Source: Candidatus Omnitrophota bacterium (GTDB taxonomy: Bacteria > Ratteibacteria > UBA8468 > MWAK01). Taken from it: a stretch of DNA of 19,858 nt. Below, piece after piece: positions 16,537 to 19,858 of the stretch (position 1 is its first letter; every line of letters begins with the position of its first letter). Location: contig JBDRQI010000024.1 of the NCBI GenBank assembly GCA_043826355.1, positions 1-19,858 of the forward strand. Reading direction: 5' to 3'. The position numbers were made by a program, and so were the translations under genes. Below the pieces are notes generated by a model. That model saw nothing but the letters and a program-made list of their open reading frames with translations. It had not been told where the DNA came from and did no database searches.

Positions 16537-18654
16537 ATGATTTCCCGCGAGCGCATTCTGGTCGTAGCGCATGAATTCACGCTGGGCGACGCCGCCTACT
16601 TAGCGCTCAGGCATATACGGCGGCTCACTCCCCGATATAAGATAGATTTCCTGGTAACCGGCCCTTGCGAAGAAAAGATGCTTTGCCAATTACCGAAACA
16701 GGTATCCGTCTTCAGGTTAAAGACGGATTACCTGGAATCGAATGCGGATGGGCTGAGGTGCCTGGAATTGGTTCTCGAACAGCGCCAAACACCGCCGTTC
16801 CAACGTTCGTACCGCGCCGCCCTGGCCACCTCCGTCTTTCCCGACTGGCGTGCGTGCATCGCCACCAGCCTCGTACAAGCTCCCCGAAAACTGGTCTTCC
16901 TAGTAGATGAAGGGCTCGCCCGTTATCCGCGGCTCCGGCCTCCGGAACGGAACGCTATTGAATGTTGTCTCATGGCGGCCGACCTGGTAATTCCTGTCTC
17001 TAAACGACTCTGGCAGAGGATGGCGGAATCCTGCCCGCTGCTGACACAACGGCCATGGCAGGTCCTGCGGCCGCCGGTGGATACGGATAAAATCCTTTCC
17101 CTTTCCCGGAAGTCAGAACCGGGTTGGGAGCCGCGGGATAGACCTGTCGTACTTACGGTAGCCCGACTTTCAGCGGACAAACAGATTTCGCAAAACCTCC
17201 TTGTCCACCATCGGCTCCGGCAGACCGGCGTTGAATTCCGCTGGTATGTGGTCGGAAGCGGAACTGAAGAGGCTACTCTGAGGGCTGAGGTTAACAGACT
17301 CGGCATGGCTGGTTCCTTCTTCCTTTTAGGCGACCGGGAAAATGAAGATGTTATATCCTTGATGAAACAATGTGATGTCTTCGCACTTTTCTCTTCTTCT
17401 GAGGGCTGTCCGGTGGTGGTAATCGAGGCGCTGCTGGCCGGGTGCGCGGTGATTATGACCGACGTCAACGGCGCGGACGAGTTGATCGACAACGGACGCA
17501 CCGGCCTCATCGTTCCCAATAACGCCGATGACATCGCCGAAGGCCTGTCCCGGCTTGTCCTGGATTCCGGATTACGGGACCGATTTCGCCGCAATCTCGC
17601 CAAAAATCCCCTTATCTCAGATGCCGCACAGGAGACCACCTGGCTTGTGGAAAGAATCGAGGAACCGGTTTTCGCTCCCGCCGCGCCAAAGGTTTCTATT
17701 CTGATCCCCACTTATAACCACCAACAGTTTATCGACCGGGCTATCGCCAGCGCCCTGATGCAGGATTTTCCCTCACTGGAAGTGGTTGTAGCCGATGACG
17801 CTTCCACAGACAGGACGGAGACCCTGGCCCGGACTTGGACTTCAGACCCCCGTTTCCGGTACACGCGGAACGAACGGAACCTGGGTCGTGTGGCCAACTA
17901 CCGAAAAGCCCTGACGGAGCATGCGCGCGGGGAATGGGTGCTGATGCTGGACGGGGATGACCATCTCAGTGACCCGGGATTTATCCGCCATGCCTGGGAG
18001 GCGCTCCAACGCCACGCCAACCAATCCTTGGTCTTCGCGCAGGCCGGCCATCGGGTTCACTACACCCGGGGAGACCGTCAGGATGTAGATATCCTGCCTT
18101 TCATCAATGGCCCGGAACGCCTGATGACCGGTAACGAATACCTGCGTTTTGTCTATGAAACAGGGTTCTTCACACACCTGGGGACCCTGTACCATCGCAG
18201 GACCGCCATCAAAAACGGATGCTATACGGCGCAGATCAGTTCTTCGGATATGGATTCCCTGCTAAGACTCGCGCTGGAAGGTAAAGTGCTCATCCTGAAT
18301 ACCATCGCCGGCTGCTGGGTTCAGTATGGCGGGAACGCCAGTTCAAACCTTCCCCTAAACGAGATTGCCGCCAACGTACGTATATTCCGCCAGATTACCC
18401 GGATGGCTGTTCAAAGAGGCCTCACATCAATGTCTCAGATAGATGGCGCGCTGACCCGGTACGAGGCCCGGACCCTGGCTTATCTTTTCGGCCAAACCCT
18501 GGGGAAAACGGCGCGCGGGCCCCTCGCCGTGCTTAAAATGTTGGCCATCATAACCTTCCTCAACCCGCGCCTGTTGTTGAACCGCCGATTAATCTCCTCC
18601 TGCAACCGATACCTGCGAAAACTGACGCGACTCGCCTTAAAGCGACGAGTATAA
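16537..18654 (+). CDS. Two-domain glycosyltransferase (N-terminal GT4, C-terminal GT2)
   Basis: GT4: LTVARLSADK, SSSEGCPVVVIEALLAG, LIDNGRTGLIV. GT2: KVSILIPTYN, VADDASTD, MLDGDD. Confidence 0.92.
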   Translation: MISRERILVVAHEFTLGDAAYLALRHIRRLTPRYKIDFLVTGPCEEKMLCQLPKQVSVFRLKTDYLESNADGLRCLELVLEQRQTPPFQRSYRAALATSVFPDWRACIATSLVQAPRKLVFLVDEGLARYPRLRPPERNAIECCLMAADLVIPVSKRLWQRMAESCPLLTQRPWQVLRPPVDTDKILSLSRKSEPGWEPRDRPVVLTVARLSADKQISQNLLVHHRLRQTGVEFRWYVVGSGTEEATLRAEVNRLGMAGSFFLLGDRENEDVISLMKQCDVFALFSSSEGCPVVVIEALLAGCAVIMTDVNGADELIDNGRTGLIVPNNADDIAEGLSRLVLDSGLRDRFRRNLAKNPLISDAAQETTWLVERIEEPVFAPAAPKVSILIPTYNHQQFIDRAIASALMQDFPSLEVVVADDASTDRTETLARTWTSDPRFRYTRNERNLGRVANYRKALTEHARGEWVLMLDGDDHLSDPGFIRHAWEALQRHANQSLVFAQAGHRVHYTRGDRQDVDILPFINGPERLMTGNEYLRFVYETGFFTHLGTLYHRRTAIKNGCYTAQISSSDMDSLLRLALEGKVLILNTIAGCWVQYGGNASSNLPLNEIAANVRIFRQITRMAVQRGLTSMSQIDGALTRYEARTLAYLFGQTLGKTARGPLAVLKMLAIITFLNPRLLLNRRLISSCNRYLRKLTRLALKRRV

Positions 18655-18666
18655 TATAATTTATAT

Positions 18667-18692
18667 AAGCGCGTGAAAATTTCACGCGTTTT
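18667..18692 (+). terminator. Inverted repeat; probable intrinsic terminator or operator
   Basis: cgcgtgaaa-a-tttcacgcg (18670..18688, perfect 9-bp arms) followed by tttt; the arms begin 15 nt after the stop of 16537..18654. Confidence 0.5.
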
Positions 18693-18712
18693 GAAAACGA
18701 CCCGGCAAATAA

Positions 18713-18951
18713 ATGTCTGAACTATTCCAAACCCCAATTCTGTTCCTGACCTTCAACCGACCGGAGACCACCCAAAGGGCCTTTGCCGAGATAATGAAGG
18801 TAAACCCCGGGAAACGATTGTCATCCCGGGTGAAAACGAATCCCGCAACCCGCCGAAGCGCAAAAAGAAGAAAGGCATTGTGTTTAAAATTAAGAGGGAG
18901 TTACGCCGAATTTTACGACAAAAAAACATACGAAACGACCGGTTATGCTAA
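18713..18951 (+). pseudogene. Chimeric remnant: 5' end of a GT-A sugar transferase joined out of frame to the 3' end of a GT10-like paralogue
   Basis: MSELFQTPILFLTFNRPETTQRAFAEIMKVNP is the typical start of 'PILFLxFNRP' nucleotide-diphospho-sugar transferases. From 18808 another frame reads RETIVIPGENESRNPPKRKKKKGIVFKIKRELRRILRQKNIRNDRLC* (TAA at 18949..18951). Confidence 0.8.
18806..18872 (+). repeat. 67-bp direct repeat, copy 2
   Basis: 66/67 identical to 12337..12403; offset 6469 bp. Confidence 0.95.
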
Positions 18952-18954
18952 AAT
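18946..18954 (+). promoter_or_regulatory. Putative extended -10 promoter for the GT4 gene
   Basis: TGcTAAAAT, the same nonamer as 6885..6893, followed by AAAGG and ATG 18977. Confidence 0.4.
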
Positions 18955-18976
18955 ATGTTAGGTAAAGGCAAATCAG

Positions 18977-19858
18977 ATGAGAATCGCTTTTTTGGTTCGA
19001 GGCTTCGTAACCGAAGGGAAAATTTCCGGCGGTACCGCCAATTACCTGCACCAAACCTGCCTTTCCTTGATCAAACTCGGTCATCAACCGGTTGTTTTTT
19101 CTGCAACAAGAAAAAACTCTGTTGTGTTTCAAGAAGGCATTGAAACACGCCGGTTTCAGGTTAAGGATTGGCGGCTCAGGTTAATATTTTTTATCACCCT
19201 GCACCAATTCACCCGGTCACTTACCTGTCTCTACCAGAGCCGGAAACTCAACCGGGAAACGATGAAGGCGCACCGAAAGAACCCTTTTGATATTATTCAT
19301 TGCGTAAATTATATGGCCGCCGGCCTGTTCCGGCCCAAAGAAATACCGACGGTCGTAAGGATATCGCATCACCTAAAACTCTGGCAGGAAACCAACGGAA
19401 AAACATGCATTCATCCGGACCGGAAAATTACCCATTGGCTGGAGATAAGGGCCGCCGCAAGGGCTGACGGCATCTTCGCTCCCAGCCGAACCATCGCCGA
19501 CATCATCCGGAAAGAAACCGGCAAACCGGTAGCGGTAATAGAGACGCCGGCCAGCGCAGAAATTTCCGAAACGGACGACAGGCTCTACCAGAACCTGCTC
19601 GCCGGAAAGGATTATCTGCTCTTCTTTGGCTCCCTGGACAGGCGAAAAGGGGTTGATGTAATCGCCGAAACGCTGCCCAAACTGCTGGAGAAACACCCGC
19701 GCCTCTTCTTCGTATTCATCGGTCAGGACAGCGGTTACCAAAAAAGGATAATGATGAGCGGGTACCTGCGCCAAAAAGCCGGGCCACATCAAAAAAGAGT
19801 CCTTTGCCCGGGAAGGGTGACCCGCGAACAACTCTACCCGGTGCTGGATAACGCCCTG
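18977..19858 (+). CDS. GT4 glycosyltransferase, N-terminal 294 codons (missing from the ORF track because it has no stop in the window)
   Basis: Manual translation is open to the end: MRIAFLVRGFVTEGKISGGTANYL...LGHQPVVF...FDIIHC...ADGIFAPS...YLLFFGSLDRRKGVD...FVFIG...GRVTREQLYPVLDNAL. It is in frame with 1..351. Confidence 0.92.
   Translation, partial: MRIAFLVRGFVTEGKISGGTANYLHQTCLSLIKLGHQPVVFSATRKNSVVFQEGIETRRFQVKDWRLRLIFFITLHQFTRSLTCLYQSRKLNRETMKAHRKNPFDIIHCVNYMAAGLFRPKEIPTVVRISHHLKLWQETNGKTCIHPDRKITHWLEIRAAARADGIFAPSRTIADIIRKETGKPVAVIETPASAEISETDDRLYQNLLAGKDYLLFFGSLDRRKGVDVIAETLPKLLEKHPRLFFVFIGQDSGYQKRIMMSGYLRQKAGPHQKRVLCPGRVTREQLYPVLDNAL
19823..19858 (+). repeat. 36-bp direct terminal repeat, right copy
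   Basis: Identical to 1..36. Confidence 0.97.

Noticed and set aside
16923..17711. 262-aa minus-strand ORF
   Set aside because: Ser/Arg-rich antisense shadow of the GT4 domain.
18670..18688. Palindrome as a Rex operator
   Set aside because: GTGAA-N3-TTCAC is one base short of the Rex spacing, and its position after a stop with a T-run fits a terminator better.
18713..18961. 82-aa ORF as a real small protein
   Set aside because: It is a chimera: residues after VNP are the out-of-frame reading of a GT10 3' duplicate.
18890..19831. ORFs 18890..19132(-), 18955..19143(+) and 19373..19831(-), including as candidate Rep or recombinase genes
   Set aside because: All overlap the long GT4 frame 18977..19858 and show no Rep, HUH or recombinase motifs.

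Overview
A bacterial surface-glycan biosynthesis and modification cluster, almost entirely glycosyltransferases (GT2, GT4, GT10-like, GT77-like). It also encodes a canonical UDP-galactopyranose mutase (glf), a second divergent mutase-like flavoprotein, SAM methyltransferases, and a sulfation module (TauE/SafE transporter, sulfotransferase, methyltransferase, Sat-CysC PAPS synthase fusion). I recognise no replication, integrase, transposase, phage, RNA, export or priming-transferase genes. The most unusual features are structural. (1) The first and last 36 nt are identical, and joining the ends rebuilds one intact 398-aa GT4 gene, so the window reads as a 19,822-bp circle or tandem unit. (2) The sulfation block is bracketed by a 67-bp direct repeat taken from the 3' end of the GT10-like gene, and each copy is followed by its own in-frame basic C-terminal tail. 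(3) Two GT2 paralogues share a 180-bp near-identical tract, and a roughly 85-aa C-terminal module occurs on three GT2 genes, in one case running in frame into an FkbM methyltransferase. (4) The 2.2-4.2 kb block is decaying. Family calls come from motif recognition by eye, with no database search. Circularity could be an assembly effect.
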